A stretch of DNA of 64,000 bases from Somniosus microcephalus (GCA_052327205.1 CM126208.1:245768001-245832000); one strand, 5' to 3'; positions 37,701 to 51,351 are shown, numbered from the stretch's first letter. Numbers and translations: made by a program. Notes: a model not told the origin generated them from the letters alone.

Positions 37701-39094
37701 CAAAAGCCGGAAGAGTTGGTGGTCAGTGTCGTCAGAGCCATTGCAATTTCCCTGTCTGAGGGGTAAATACGTAGTTTTAACTTACTGACAGCCCGCTCAC
37801 TAATGAAGCTGTCAGAGCTGCATGAGTCGATTAGTGCACTCAAAATGTGTCCATTTACCGAAACCTTCATGGCTGCATGGGACAGACTTTGGGGAAAAAC
37901 AGCTGTGATGGGAGGAGGGGCAGTTTTACCCTTGACAGCTGTAACCTTAGTAGTGGTTCTTGGGGGAGGAGTAGTTTTATAGATAGTAGCTGCAAAACTA
38001 ACAGGGGCTCTCGACTGGTATACCTTAGAAAAATGGCCTTTCTTTACTGCAATGATTGCAGACTGCGTTACGAGCAGGACAAAATTTCCTGGAATGCGCC
38101 TCCACAGAAGAAACACTTCCTTCCAGATTGCCAAGATGCCGCTAGGGCAAGGTTGTCATCAGCCAGGTGGGAGTCATCATCAGTGAGGGCTTCCACCTGA
38201 GGCCTGTCGAAGAAGTCATTAAAAGTGATAGCAGCAGCCCGTGAGTGGTGAAAGATAGGTATCTGCATTCCTCTTTGCCAAGTCCAGAGAGCATGCCTGG
38301 TCATAGGCAACCTCTAACTTGAGGGTTTTATTCTCCAACAGACGCTGACATATGAAGGGAGACGCAATCTCATTAATAAAGGAGTCACGAATTAATTCCT
38401 TCTGGTACTGCTCAGCTGTGACAGCTTTAAGATTACAATCCTTGCTGAGCCTGTGAAGTTTCTGAAGGAATTCGCCAAGTAATTCCCCGGGTTGTTGTCG
38501 AGTTGTGGCCAGTAGATGCCGAGCAAAAATTTCGTTTGGGGACTTAACATATAGTTGCTGTAGTATTTGGATAGCGGCGTCATAGTCTACACAGTCTTCG
38601 ATATAGTCAAACACATGAGGGGATACATAGTTGGCAAGCATTCGTAACTTATTAGGAACATTCTCACCACACTCCTCAAGGAAGTTGCTAAAGGTACGAT
38701 ACCAGTGTTTCCATACCTTAGCAGCTGTAAGTGAATTTGGGTCCAGGTCGAGAGGGGCGGGTCTGAGTAGTTTCTCCATGATGGATCGATTACTTTGTCC
38801 GAGTTCCCTTCTACGGTTTGAGCCGTAGCCGTCTGTTCCCAAGACCAGTCAGAGTGTGGAGCAGGTTCAGTTGATTAAATTGATGTAAAAAGACTGCTGA
38901 GCACTTGGTTTGAGTATAAAACAAAGCTTTAATCAACTGTTTCAAAACCATGAGATTTCTAGTTACATCACTAGTCCTGGTTACAGAAACATCCTGAGCA
39001 AGCTGGGCCCACACTCGAGTATTTATACTCCTTGGACGGCACCACCAGCTGGCCGCCCAGTGTTACTTCATGCGTCATGATAAGATTCATGACA
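34703..39094 (-). mobile_element. Full-length but decayed Ty3/Gypsy LTR retrotransposon inserted in the minisatellite
   Basis: 214-bp LTRs at 34703-34916 and 38881-39094 (TGTCATG...ACATCA on minus). PPT caggcgggaagga. Order gag (MEKLLRPAPLDLDP), protease (LIDSCS), RT (FDLKSAYHQ, LPFG, YLDN), RNaseH (VECDAS, EKEA), integrase (LSIDFKGP, IHSDQG, NGQVER). Multiple frameshifts. Confidence 0.93.
34958..38779 (-). pseudogene. Frameshifted gag-pol of the Gypsy element
   Basis: ORF pieces 38219-38842, 37469-38134, 36532-37233, 36245-36733 and 35472-36101 carry consecutive domains in different frames. Confidence 0.88.
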
Positions 39095-40325
39095 AGGGGT
39101 ATGATTGGGAGTGAGGGGAGCGATTGGGAGGGGTTGGGCGAATGGGGAGGGGGCGATTTAGGGGGTATGATTGGGAGAGAGGGGGCAATTGGGAATAAGG
39201 GGAGCGATTGGGAGGGAAAGGGTGATTGGGAGGGAGAGGGCAATTGGGAGGGGGATGATTGGGAGGGGAGCGATTGGGAGTGAGGGGGTGATTGGGAATA
39301 AGGGGAGTGATTGGAGGGAAAGGGCGATTGGGAGGGAGGGGAGCGATTGGGAGGGGATGATTGGGAGGGAGGGAAGCGATTGGGAGGGAGGGGAGCGATT
39401 GGGAGGGAGGGGAGTGATTGGGAGGGAGGGGAGTGATTGGGAGGGAGGGGAGTGATTGGGAGGGGATGATTGGGAGGGGAGCGGTTGGGAGGGAGGGGAG
39501 CGATTGGGAGGGATGATTGGGAGGGGAGCGATTGGGAGGGGAGCGATTGGGAGGGGAGCGATTGGGAGGGGAGCGATTGGGAGGTGGTAATTGCGAGGGG
39601 GATGATTGGCAGGGGGCGATTGGGAGGGGGTGATTGGAAAGGGGGTAATTGGGAGGGGGTAATTGGGAGTGAGGGTAGCGATTGAGAGGGGGTGATTGGG
39701 AGGGAGGGGGGAGATTGGGAGGGAGGGGCGATTGGGAGGGGTGTGATTGGGAGGGAGGGGGCAATTGGGAGGGGTGATTGGAGGGGGCGATTGGGAGCGA
39801 GAGGGCGATTGGGAGCGAGAGGCGATTGGGAGCGAGAGGGCGATTGGAGGGGCGATTGGGAGTGAGGGGGCGATTGGGAGCGAGAGGGCGATTGGGAGCG
39901 AGAGGGCGATTGGGACGGGGGAGCAATTGGGAGGGGAGCGATTGGGAGGGGAGCGATTGGGAGGGGTGATTGGGAGTGAGGGGCAATTGGGAGGGGTGAT
40001 TGGGAGGGGGCGATTGGGAGTGAGGGGGCGATTGGGAGCGAGAGGGCGATTGGGAGCGAGAGGGCGATTGGGAGGGGGCGATTGGGAGGGAGGGGGCAAT
40101 TGGGTGGAGGGGGCGATTGGAGAGAGGTGATTGGAAGGTGGGGGCAATTGGAAGGGAGGGGAGCAATTGGGAGGGGATGATTGGGAGGGGAGCGATTGGG
40201 AGGGGGATGATTGGGATGGGGTGGGATTGCGAGGGGGGCGATTGGGAGTGTGGGGAGCTATTGGGAGGTGTGTGATTGGGAGGAAGGGGGCAATCGGTAG
40301 AGAAGGGTGGCGATCGGGAGGAGGC
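39095..40325 (+). repeat. G-rich minisatellite (GGGAGGGGAGCGATT)n, right part
   Basis: About 1.2 kb of 15-19-bp variant units. Confidence 0.95.
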
Positions 40326-40700
40326 CGATAATGTTTTAGGCACCTCAGTGGATGCGAGAAGAGAGTTCCTGCTCCTCTCAGCTCCACATTCAGTTAATTT
40401 AAAAAACTTAACTTTTGGTGGCGGCCTCCAGCGGTCCCTTTAAGGACCAGCAGTTCAGCCACATGTAGATTGTGTTTTCCTGAATTCAGGGCAAACCATT
40501 TTTTCAAAAGGAGCCTCAAACATGCGTTCGGTCCCCTATTTGCATATGCAAAGGTCCTAATGGGTGCGGGATTTGGACACTTCATTTCCAGTATGTAATG
40601 AGCTCGCACACCCCACCCGCCATATTCTCTGTGAAGCCATCTAATTCCTAGGCCATAATATTCAGTTCAGATCACAAGGGGATGCTATTATATAATTAGA

Positions 40701-40713
40701 CTAGCTGGAGTGC
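40701..40713 (-). mobile_element. Helitron 3' terminus abutting an assembly gap
   Basis: Minus strand gcactccagCTAG|T matches the end at 10941-10954. Confidence 0.55.
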
Positions 40714-41469
40714 NNNNNNNNNNNNNNNNNNNNNNNNNNNNNNNNNNNNNNNNNNNNNNNNNNNNNNNNNNNNNNNNNNNNNNNNNNNNNNNNNNNNNNN
40801 NNNNNNNNNNNNNNNNNNNNNNNNNNNNNNNNNNNNNNNNNNNNNNNNNNNNNNNNNNNNNNNNNNNNNNNNNNNNNNNNNNNNNNNNNNNNNNNNNNNN
40901 NNNNNNNNNNNNNNNNNNNNNNNNNNNNNNNNNNNNNNNNNNNNNNNNNNNNNNNNNNNNNNNNNNNNNNNNNNNNNNNNNNNNNNNNNNNNNNNNNNNN
41001 NNNNNNNNNNNNNNNNNNNNNNNNNNNNNNNNNNNNNNNNNNNNNNNNNNNNNNNNNNNNNNNNNNNNNNNNNNNNNNNNNNNNNNNNNNNNNNNNNNNN
41101 NNNNNNNNNNNNNNNNNNNNNNNNNNNNNNNNNNNNNNNNNNNNNNNNNNNNNNNNNNNNNNNNNNNNNNNNNNNNNNNNNNNNNNNNNNNNNNNNNNNN
41201 NNNNNNNNNNNNNAAAATGGAGACAGTAACTATGGAAAGCCAGATTTCCATAAATTCACATTGAAGATTCAAAAATTGGTTTTAATTTTTTTTAAATATG
41301 GGGGTGTATATGAGATATGAAAGATTATTGTCTAGGTTATGGGCAGAAGGACACTTCTACTTGACATTCTTCATCAAATTATTCACTAGAGTAAAACAAA
41401 ACTCGCTGCTGCTATAACAAAAGATTTTGCTGAAGGAAGGTTAAGACACCCAGCCATAAAACAGCAACA

Positions 41470-42457
41470 ATAATCACAGTTAAGTTTCACAAGAGGCCAG
41501 ACGTGACACTCTCGACCACTGCAGTGACAAACATGGAGAATCGGAATCTGGTTCAAAGATTGATGCAGAGGAGGTTCTAAGCAATCCACAAAGCCAAGTT
41601 TTCAGAAAGGGAACTGGGTTTGCTAGTGAACAATTTGTACCTTAAATTAACATCTGGAGAGCGAGGAGACAAAACCATTTTTTTTTAAAAAGGCAAATTA
41701 TTTGAATTCCAAAATGAGCCTTCGCTGCAGCAGCAAGCAGTTGCCAGAAAGGAAATAGTACAAGGCTAGTGTTATGGGGGAAACAGTGTGCTTAAAGAAC
41801 ACCCACATTTCTGCATACTGCCCCTTGGCTAGAAATATCTGCAAGATTTTGCAGACTGCATACATAACTTTAAAAATAGCAAGTTCCTGCAAAGAAGCTC
41901 TGTAGGGATCCTTCATTCCACAAAGGAGTTCTGCTTAGTTGTGGGGTTTTTCTCTTTGAATATATGCACTTGGCCTTTAGCTCCCCAATTTCCTGTTTAT
42001 TTTCTTCCCCCTTTTTATGTTCCTTCTGCACCTTTCTTCACTCTTCAGCTGAGGGAGCAGGTAGCAGATCTGCTCACAGACTTGCCAATGCTGCCTTTGC
42101 ATGGCCCAGGTTGCACCACTGCATCCCTGGGTGAGTCCCCTCTGATTTTCTCTGAGCTCCCTTTTAAATACACGTTACATCTCCTTCTGATGGCATAGTT
42201 GATATTGGGTATAATCACAGTTAAGTTTCACAAGAGGCCAGACATGACACTCTTGACCAGTGCAGTGACAAACATGGAGAATCGGAATCTGATACAAAGA
42301 TTGATGTAGAGGAGGTTCTAAGCAATCCACAAAGCCAGGTCTTCAGAAAGGGAACTGGATTTGTTAGTGAACAACTTGTACCTTAAATTAACATCTGGAG
42401 AGCGAGGATACAAAACCATTTTTTTAAAAAAGGAAAATTATTTGAAATCAAAAATGA
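41470..42457. repeat. About 248-bp direct duplication (41470-41717 and 42211-42457)
   Basis: ataatcacagttaagtttcacaagaggccagac...aaattatttgaa occurs twice, roughly 90% identical by eye. Confidence 0.9.
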
Positions 42458-43979
42458 ATTAGTAGGCCATCACTCCTTGGCCACTGCAGTACAAATGGAC
42501 TGCGTCACTGTAATGGCCCAAAATAACAAATCGGTCAATAAAGGTCCCAAAGTTCGAGTGAGAGCCAAAGATGAACGATGAACCTGGAGATTGTTTTGTA
42601 ATCCTCCCCGTCTTCATCTGCCCTTTTCCCCCTTTTGGTGTACAATCTTTTTTATATTTACAGTGGGAAGGTTGTTGCTGTGAAAGTATTGACTTTCCAG
42701 TAATATTATGGTGCTCAATCTTACATGGCTGCAAGAAATCTGAGACATTAATCCTTGCCATAATTGTATACAGCCAACTGAAATTAAAGTTAGGAATGGA
42801 TTTTTTTTGTTGCATGCTGCAACATATGTTCAAGAAAAAATGAAGAATCTTTTGAGAGAAGGAAACTATTTAATGGGTCTTTAACCCCAAACACTGGGTG
42901 GTAATGTATATATAGATAAAAGGTATGAACAAGTACATGTCGCAGATTATAGCACGGATTTAGAAGTATGTGAGGAATTCCCAAGATTTTAACATCAAGG
43001 TGAAACAGTTTAGAACAGGATTTACCTCAGGGAAACAGAACAGTAGTAATTGTGCTACAGCCCATGAGTGGCTTTGATGTTCCACCTGCTGGGTCTTGGA
43101 TCGCCAGCTGCAGGCTAACTTTCACCTGCCCTGGCATTCCTAGGGTATTATTTCACACAACACTAGAAAGGAATGATCAGTGAAGGTTCAATCCAGGGCC
43201 TACTGGGAGGGAGGGCTCCAAGGCTCTGAGGCAGTCAAGACTGCCTTATAAATCTTGCAATGCACCTCGTCTGATGTGTTCGGGCTCCTACGTGGGAATT
43301 CAAAGATTGCCTCAGACAAAGTGCAGAAAGTACAGAGAAACCTGATCTCCTTTTAGACAGTTAAAGAGCATTTTTAAGGATTTTAGCACAGGCGCTGAAT
43401 GAGAGTGACAACCCACAGCAGTTTGGTCAATTTCTACCTGCGGAAATTTTCAGATTTAACCCTTTAGCCTCTGTCCCTTCAGCTGGCACGGGTTTTCCTT
43501 TAGGAAAAGATGGCTGATTTGTCAACTTTATTTTACTTCTGCAGACCAGGCCCCAAAGTTTCTGGCTTCCCGACGTGCAGGTGGCAGTGGATTGAGGCAA
43601 GGCTTCCATGAGTTCATCTCCAAGGACGCTGACCCCATCAGAAATCTTGGGGTCATTTAATTTGCATAATGTTGGTGGGACAAGTGTGCGAGTACTTCCA
43701 GCAGCAGAGGTGGGGTGGCAGGGGGAAGTGGGAGCGGGAGGTCGTTACGGCCTTGCAACCCACACAATTGCACGGGAACCCGAGCTGGTCAGGAGACCAA
43801 GAGCAGATCCAGTGATACGTATTTAGCATCATTGTCTAGTAAAATGCAGGGACCCCGTACTGAACCCTTGCACGGGGCAATCGCAAGGCAAATGCCGCTC
43901 CTGGCCAGCAATAGGCCAGATACACCAGGGGACAGAAAATTCTGGGACAGGGTGCAACCTCCTCATTTAAAGGGATGAA

Positions 43980-45990
43980 TCCATTTAATGGAGTGAGCAG
44001 GCTTTGATAAGAGGGAATGCAATGGCAGCTGCGAGGGGAGGAAAAAGACATGGCTGCTGTCAGAATTCAGAGCAAGGAGGATACAATCGTTGCAATAACT
44101 GGGAAGAAGCCATCACATCCAGCAGCAAATGGCCATTTGGAAGAAAATGGCTGTGGCTATGCGTGGATGCTCCATAACCCCAAGGGGTCTCCTCACAGCG
44201 TTGAAATAATTTTAATGATCTCAGAAGTTCAGCAAAGGTAAGTGAGTTGCTAACTGAGTAACAGGAAAGCTAACTGAAAAATAGAGAGGCAAATTCATTT
44301 CTCCTGCTCTAATATTCAAGAAATACCCTTCAGGGCACAGGCACAATGGGCCAAATGGCCTCCTTCTGTGCGTATCATTCTTTGATTTTATGATATGGCA
44401 CCTTGTTCTTTGCCCAGAAGCATTGTAATGGCATCACTCATGTCAATTGTCTCACATCCTGTGATGCATGCTAACACATTTAAGGCTCTCATCTTTCCAC
44501 CGACCATTAATTCCATCCATAAAGAATAAAAAAGAAAGACTTGCATTTATATAGCGCCTTTCACGACCACCGGACATCCCAAAGTGCTTTTACAACCAAT
44601 GAAGTACGATTGGAAGTGTAGTCAATGTTGTAATGTAGGAAACGTGGCAGCCAATTTGCGCACAGCAAGCTCCGACAAACAACAATGTGATAATGACCAG
44701 ATAATCTGTTTTAGTGATGTTGATTGAGGGATAAATATTGGCCAGAACACCGGGGAGAACTCCGCTGCTCTTCTTTGAAATGGTGCCCTGGGATCTTTTA
44801 CGTCCACCTGAGAGAGCAGACAGGGCCTCGGTATAACGTCTCAGCCAAAAGACGGCACTTCTGACAGTGCAGCGCTCCCTCAGTATTACAGTGGAGTGTC
44901 AGCCTAGATTTTTGTGCTCAAGTCTCTGACTCAGAGGCGAGGGTGCTACCAACTGAGCCACGGCTGACACACTGATGCATTCCATGAATCCTGAAAGATT
45001 GTGACTGCAGGATCTGGAGACAGCTAATTAACACAGTGCATTCCTCCTGCAGGAGAAGACAGCACACGATGCCAGGGAATGCCAGGCCACTGGAAGAGAA
45101 AGAACAGATATCTGGACATTCATTCATCAAGAAAAAGAGGCACTGTCAGTCATTGGAATCAAGTCTGGCCTTGCAACTGGGAGTCAATTGTGGGAGTCAT
45201 TCTGCCTTCAGTGGGTTCATGATCATATATACCTATTCTTATATATTTCTAATGTATTCTTCAATCCCTCTATCAGCTATCAATTTCCACATAAGTGATC
45301 CAGAAAGTAGCTGTTTAAGATGGAATGCTAGTCATGCAGACCCATGTTAACATTATTGCTTTTCCATCCAGAGGTTGGAAGCCAGGAAACAGAAGAGAAG
45401 GATAATGGTGACCAAGAGGATGATGTTCCCTCTAACTCATCTGCCCTGTCATTCACCCTCTCCCTTGTACTCATCAGCTCAGAGGCATTCACTTGTGGGA
45501 GAAGGGCTTACAGATAGCGTAGATGAAGAATTGACATGTGGCAAGACACAGAGCACATGGAAGCTAGGGGATACAGATGTGGAAATGTAGTCTGATGTAG
45601 CTGAGCGAAGGGTTAAGAAATGTCAGCCCCTGCCTATAGAGCATGCAGATGATTATTTCAAGGGTCCTGCCATTAAAAGAAGGATGCTAGCTGACATCAA
45701 ACACATATGGAGATTCCACACGGCCTCTACCAAGATGTGTGGCAGATGGCGGGGATAACAGTGGAGTGCACTGCCTTGCTATGCATCAGCATCTGTTAAA
45801 GTTTCACATTATTGCAGTGCATCTGCAAACCTTTCTGTGCTGCATGAGAGATTCAGGCCAGTCTGTCAATTCAGTGTGAAGGCACTGAATGGAGGTCTGT
45901 CAGTGTTGGGAGGTCATTTGGAAAGGTCCATTTCAAGTGAATTGCAAAGTTTATAGGACAGCATCTCAGACAGACTAGATGATATTCCAT
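43980..45990 (+). pseudogene. Decayed Harbinger Myb/SANT gene remnant (boundaries approximate)
   Basis: IWKKMAVA...FNDLRSSAK|GTAAGT (44238), then cctgcAG|EKTAHDARECQATG (45052). This mirrors the exon1/exon2 structure of the gene at 2039-2669. Confidence 0.6.
44525..44970 (-). mobile_element. Near-complete tRNA-derived Deu-domain-type SINE (SacSINE1-like)
   Basis: Head tgtcagccgtggctcagttggtagcac (A box). Core gcttgctgtgcgcaaattggctgccacgtttcctaca. Tail gtgaaaggcgctatataaatgcaagtctttctt. Confidence 0.85.
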
Positions 45991-46420
45991 TGACTCTCGA
46001 TCTGCACAGAGCGGGATTAAATCCGGAGTGTACTTAAACAGAGTGTTTTATTTGGGAATTTGGAAAGAGTGGAAATTCGGAGGGGGACGAGTTGTTGCTT
46101 TTTGCCTACACTACTTGTAGTGCTTTGTGCTACAGGTAGATATTTAATTTCAGTATGCATAACTTAATCTAGATCAATTAAGCAGTCAAGAAACTACATT
46201 GTAAACCAAGTTACCTAATTACAAATTTAATTAAATTTAATTAAATAAAACAAGGTCATATAGGGATGGCAGTGCAGGTGGTGTGCCGCAACTGCAGCAT
46301 GTGAGAGTTTGTGGAGAGCATTGTGATCCCGGACAACCATGTTTGCAGTAAGTGCCTGCATCTTGAGAAACTTCAGCTTGTAGGAATTAACGAATTCCTA
46401 CGAATAACTGAGATCGACAC

Positions 46421-49400
46421 TGTTGTGTATGTACCTTTAAGAGAATAACTGGTCTCAGGCTGCAGTACCGGCAGTGACCACCCCTGTATAAAAGGCGCTA
46501 GAGAGCCTCTGTTGGTTAGTTTCGTTTATGCCTTTCACCAGTAAAGACTTGTTTGTTTCTCTCCTGCTAGTCCGTGTCTCAATCATTCACGGACTTAACA
46601 CTGGCGACAAGTTAGAAACGAACTTACCTGCAACTCAGCAGCAGCTCCGACGACGTGTTGAAGGTCGGAGCCAGAAGAAAAAAAAAAATAGGCCATTGAA
46701 ACTCGAGAAACGGGCGTCGACCGTCAATCATCGACTTCAAAACTTGCAGGAGAGACTGTCCAGAGCCAGGCTGGGTTCCTCAGTCCATGGTTTCCCAGCT
46801 AATCGGGCTGGTGGCAGGTAGTGCTCTGATCCTTCCTGGGCTGCAACGGGGCCGGGCAGCGAGTCGGGAAGCAAGGAGAGATAGAGAGGGTGGAGCATAC
46901 AGGGCGCGGCCGGTGTTTCGAAGCTGGGCAGCGTTCGGACCTCAGAAGAGGGAGGGAAGTGTTCCAGAGGGTCCGCTCCATGACGGGAAAATAATAAAAG
47001 AAAAAGAATACGCGCAAGAAACCGTGGAAAGCAGCGCTAACAACAGCGGGGAAGAAGGAAAAGCGCGGGAGGCGCCATTTTGTTAAATCGGAGAAGAAGG
47101 CAAAGCGCGGGAGGCGCCATTTTAGATTTGCAAGATGCCGAAGACTGGCTGTATCACTGCTTTTGATAATACAATAGAGGACTGGACCACGTATGTGGAA
47201 AGAGTCGAGGTATATTTCGAGGCAAATGAAATAGCGGAGGGGAAAAAGGCATCAATATTGCTAAACGTAATGGGCGCTAGAATGTGCGGCCTATTGCGGG
47301 ATCTGATTACTCCAGCCAAACCAAAGGCGAAGAGTTTTAACGAAATTGTTGCTGTTCTACAGGAGCACTTAAACCCTGCACCGCTGTTGATAGCAGAAAG
47401 ATTTAAATTCCACAGGAGAACTCAGCACAAAGATGAGAGCAATGCTAAGTATCTTACGGAACTACGCAAGCTATCAAAGCACTGCCAGTTCGGAGCAGGA
47501 CTGGCAGATACCCTACGGGACAAATTTGTCTGTGGACTCCTGAGTGAAGGAACACAGAAGAAGTTACTCTCAGAGAAAGAGCTGACGCTAGATAAGGCTT
47601 TCAGCGTGGCAGTATCGTATGAAGCAGCAGCCAGGGGAGCTGCAGAAATTCAACAAAAACCACAGGAATACGGCACCCACGAAATGACACGGGGATTTGC
47701 AAAATGTTATCGCTGCGGCAGAACTAACCATGACCAGAAGGACTGCTGGTCCAAAGACAAAATATGCAGACAATGCGGGAAGATTGGACACATTGCACAA
47801 GTTTGTAGGTCTGGGAAGAAGACCAGCGACAACAGAAAGGCTACAAAGGAACCGTACAAGAAAGTACATAAGATGAGCGATAGTGAATCCGAGAACAGGA
47901 GATTAAGCTGTCTCAAACTTCACAATGTAATCTCAAAAGAGGATCACCGAACCATTTGGGTCACCCTCACGATAGCAGGGTCCCAAGTTAAAATGGAATT
48001 GGATACAGGATCAGCGCTAACCGTCATGAATCGACGAGACTATGAGCAGCTATTTTCACACATACCCTTGAGAGAGACATCCATCGTCTTGACGACGTAT
48101 ACGGGGCAAAAAGTATACCCCAGGGGAAAAATAAGGGTGCCTGTCGAATACAATGGCAAGAAATTACGGAAATTGTATCTCTACATACTGCCAAATGGTG
48201 GACCACCGTTATTGGGACGGGAATGGGTCAGGAAGATAAACTTAGATTGGCATTCCATTCATGCAATGACGGTGGACGGTAAAAAAGATGAAGACGTCAC
48301 TCCTGGACGATTGTCAACAATCTTAGCTAACGCCAAAGAGGTATTTCAACAAGAACTGGGCACGCTTAAAGGCGTAACCGCCTCGTTAAAAATAGAAGAG
48401 AATGCAGTTCCCAAGTTTTTCAAAGCGAGACCGGTACCATATGCAATTCGTCCAGCCGTCGAGGCAGAGCTGGAGAATCTGGAGAAGGCGGGCGTGTTGT
48501 CTAAGGTCGACTGGAGCGAGTGGGCAACACCCATCGTTCCTGTCATGAAGAAAACATTAAGCAATAAGTCCGGAGAGCCAAGGAAGATTCGCATCTGTGG
48601 GGATTTCAAGGTGACGGTGAACCCTGTCCTTCACACAGTACAATATCCTCTTCCAAGGATAGAAGACATGTTCGCCTCACTGTCTGGAGGGAAGCGTTTT
48701 ACAAAAATTGACCTAGCACAAGCATATTTGCAGATGGAGGTTGAAGAGTCCTCTAGGAAGTATCTCACGATAAACACTCACAAAGGTCTTTACCAGTATC
48801 ATCGATTGGTATTCGCAGTAGCATCGGCTCCGGCGATATGGCAAAGAGCGATGGAACAAGTCCTGCAAGGGATTCCGGGGACTCAGTGTTACTTGGACGA
48901 CATCCTTGTAACAGGTGAAGATGACAGTGAACACCTTAACAACCTAGAACAGGTGCTCACTAGACTACGGGAACATGGGCTGCGAGCCAACCGCCCCAAG
49001 TGCGAATTTTTTAAGAAACAGATATCGTATTGTGGCCACGTGATTGATGAAGAGGGGTTACATAAGTCCCCTGACAAAATTGAAGCGGTTGTTAAGGCCC
49101 CAGCGCCTGAAAATGTGTCGCAACTGAGGTCATTCCTCGGGTTGGTGAATTAAATTAAGTTTTTGCCGAATTTGTCGACAATTCTGCATCCACTGAACGC
49201 CCTGCTATGAACGGGGGTAGCATGGAAATGGAGCGATGATTGTAAACGTGCTTTTCAGAAGAGTAAGGACTTAATCACTTCAAGGGAAGTATTGGCTCAC
49301 TACAACCCAGCACTGCCAATCAGGCTGGCGTGTGATGCGTCTCCCTACGGCATTGGGGCGGTACTGTCACATAAATTCCTTGATGGTTTGGAGAGGCCGA

Positions 49401-51351
49401 TAGCTTTTGCGTCACGCTCGTTAACTTCTGCCGAGCGTAACTACGCCCAGATTGACAGAGAGGCCCTCACCCTAGTGTGGGGGGTGAAGAAGTTCAATCA
49501 CTATCTGCACGGTCAAAAATTTACTCTACTAACCGATCATCAACCTCTTGTCTCCATTTTCAACCCTCAGAAGGGCGTACCGATAATGACAACACAACGG
49601 CTGCAGAGATGGTCCCTTTTCCTAGGGGCACACCAATATGACATCGAGTACAGGGGAACTAAACAGCATGGAAATGCTGATGGATTGTCACGTCTACCGT
49701 TGCCGACGGTGGAAGAAGGAAACCTTGCAGTGGATCCAATGGAGTTATTCCACTCGACCATAGTCGAATGTCTCCCTGTGACGAATGCAAACATAGAAAA
49801 GGAAACACGGAATGACCCGACACTATCACGGGTCTATGATTTAACGGTGAAGTGATGGCCAGCACATGGCGAACCACTGCTGCCAGCATTTTCGCCAAGA
49901 AGAGAACAGCTGTCAGCGTGCAGAGGAACCTTGATGTGTGGATCCAGAGTAGTAATTCCACCTAAGTTGACGGATAGAGTGCTCAATGAGCTTCATGAGG
50001 GTCATCTGGGTGGGGTAAAAATGAAAAGCTTAGCCAGAGCGTTTGTGTGGTGGCCGGGAATCGATAGAGAAATCGAAGAGATGACCAAGAGCTGAGCAGG
50101 ATGCCAGAAGGTCCAAAACGCCCCACCACAAGCTCCTCTGCATCCATGAGAGTGGCCCTCATCTCCATGGCAAAGGGTGCACATTGATTTTGCTGCTCCC
50201 TTCATGGACTCGATGTTTTTAATTGCGGTGGATGCACATTCAAAGTGGCCAGAGGTAATAAAAATGTCCTCAACCACCACGGAAAAAACTATCACAGTTT
50301 TACGAACCATATTCGCCAGGAATGGGCTGCCTGAACAGATTTGCTCTGACAATGGACCACAGTTTGTGTCTGAAGAGTTCCGGAGGTTCTTAAAGAACAA
50401 TGGCGTTAAGCATTACACATCTGCCCCATATCATCCAGCCACTAATGGATTGGCCGAGAGGTTTGTCCAAACATTCAAGAAGGCTATCAAGGCAATGTGT
50501 AATGAAGATATACCCCTACAACACAAGGTGGACAACTTTTTGTTTGCCTACCGGAATGCGACACATGCGGTTACCAACCAAACTCCAGCCATGATGTTCT
50601 TCAATCGAAGACTACGATGCCGCTTGGATTTGGTTTAGCCAAACGTCCAAAGAGATGTGGAGAACAGGCAGTTTCAGAATATGAATGAAAGGCCGACCAG
50701 GAGTTTTAAGATAGGTCAACCAGTTTTGGCCCGGGACTACCGCACTGAGAAATGGCAGCCAGGAACGATTTGTACACGACAAGGACCTCTCATGTATACC
50801 GTGGACGTTGGGGAGAGCATTGTAAGACGCCATGCTGACCAGATTCTAGAGTCACTGGAAAACGTCAACTCCACACCACGATCTGATACACCTGGTAATG
50901 AAATCGACGTTCCAATTGCAGCTACCGCAGAACCGGTAATATTGCACGCAGATGAACCAAACAACGACATTGATTCCGACTCAACATTGCCAGAAGAACC
51001 TAATACTCCAAAGAGGCGTTATCCAGACAGAATCAGGAAGCCTCCTCAAAGACTGAACTTATAATTGCTTAAACTTAACCAATGTATCTAGCAACAGTAA
51101 TTGTGATTGTAATTCGTTATCATTAGTTGTTAAATGAATGTTATGTACTGTTTATCTAAAAGGGGAGGAATTGTTGTGTATGTACCTTTAAGAGAATAAC
51201 TGGTCTCAGACTGCAGTACCGGCAGTGACCACCTCTGTATAAAAGGCGCTAGAGAGCCTCTGTTGGTTAGTTTCGTTTATGCCTTTCACCAGTAAAGAGT
51301 TGTTTGTTTCTCTCCTGCTAGTCCGTGTCTCAATCATTCACGGACTTAACA
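46421..51351 (+). mobile_element. Full-length Ty3/Gypsy (Mag-like) LTR retrotransposon
   Basis: 180-bp LTRs at 46421-46600 and 51172-51351 (3 differences). 5-bp TSD GACAC. PBS TGGCGAC. PPT aaaaggggagga. Confidence 0.96.
47135..51064 (+). pseudogene. Single-frame gag-pol (2x CCHC, protease LDTGS, RT YLDD, RNaseH CDAS, integrase HIDFA/SDNG/ERF) with several premature stops
   Basis: ORF pieces 47135-49153, 49292-49855, 50177-50638 and 50657-51064 are all in the same frame, separated by stop codons. Ends RRYPDRIRKPPQRLNL*. Confidence 0.93.

Noticed and set aside
39087-40387. About 410-aa extensin-like ORFs
   Set aside because: Same minisatellite, open in several frames.
40688-41272. ORFs spanning about 500 N
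   Set aside because: Assembly gap.
42459-42833. 124-aa minus-strand ORF with a possible acceptor at about 42778
   Set aside because: No recognisable homology. Cannot be supported as an exon without expression data.
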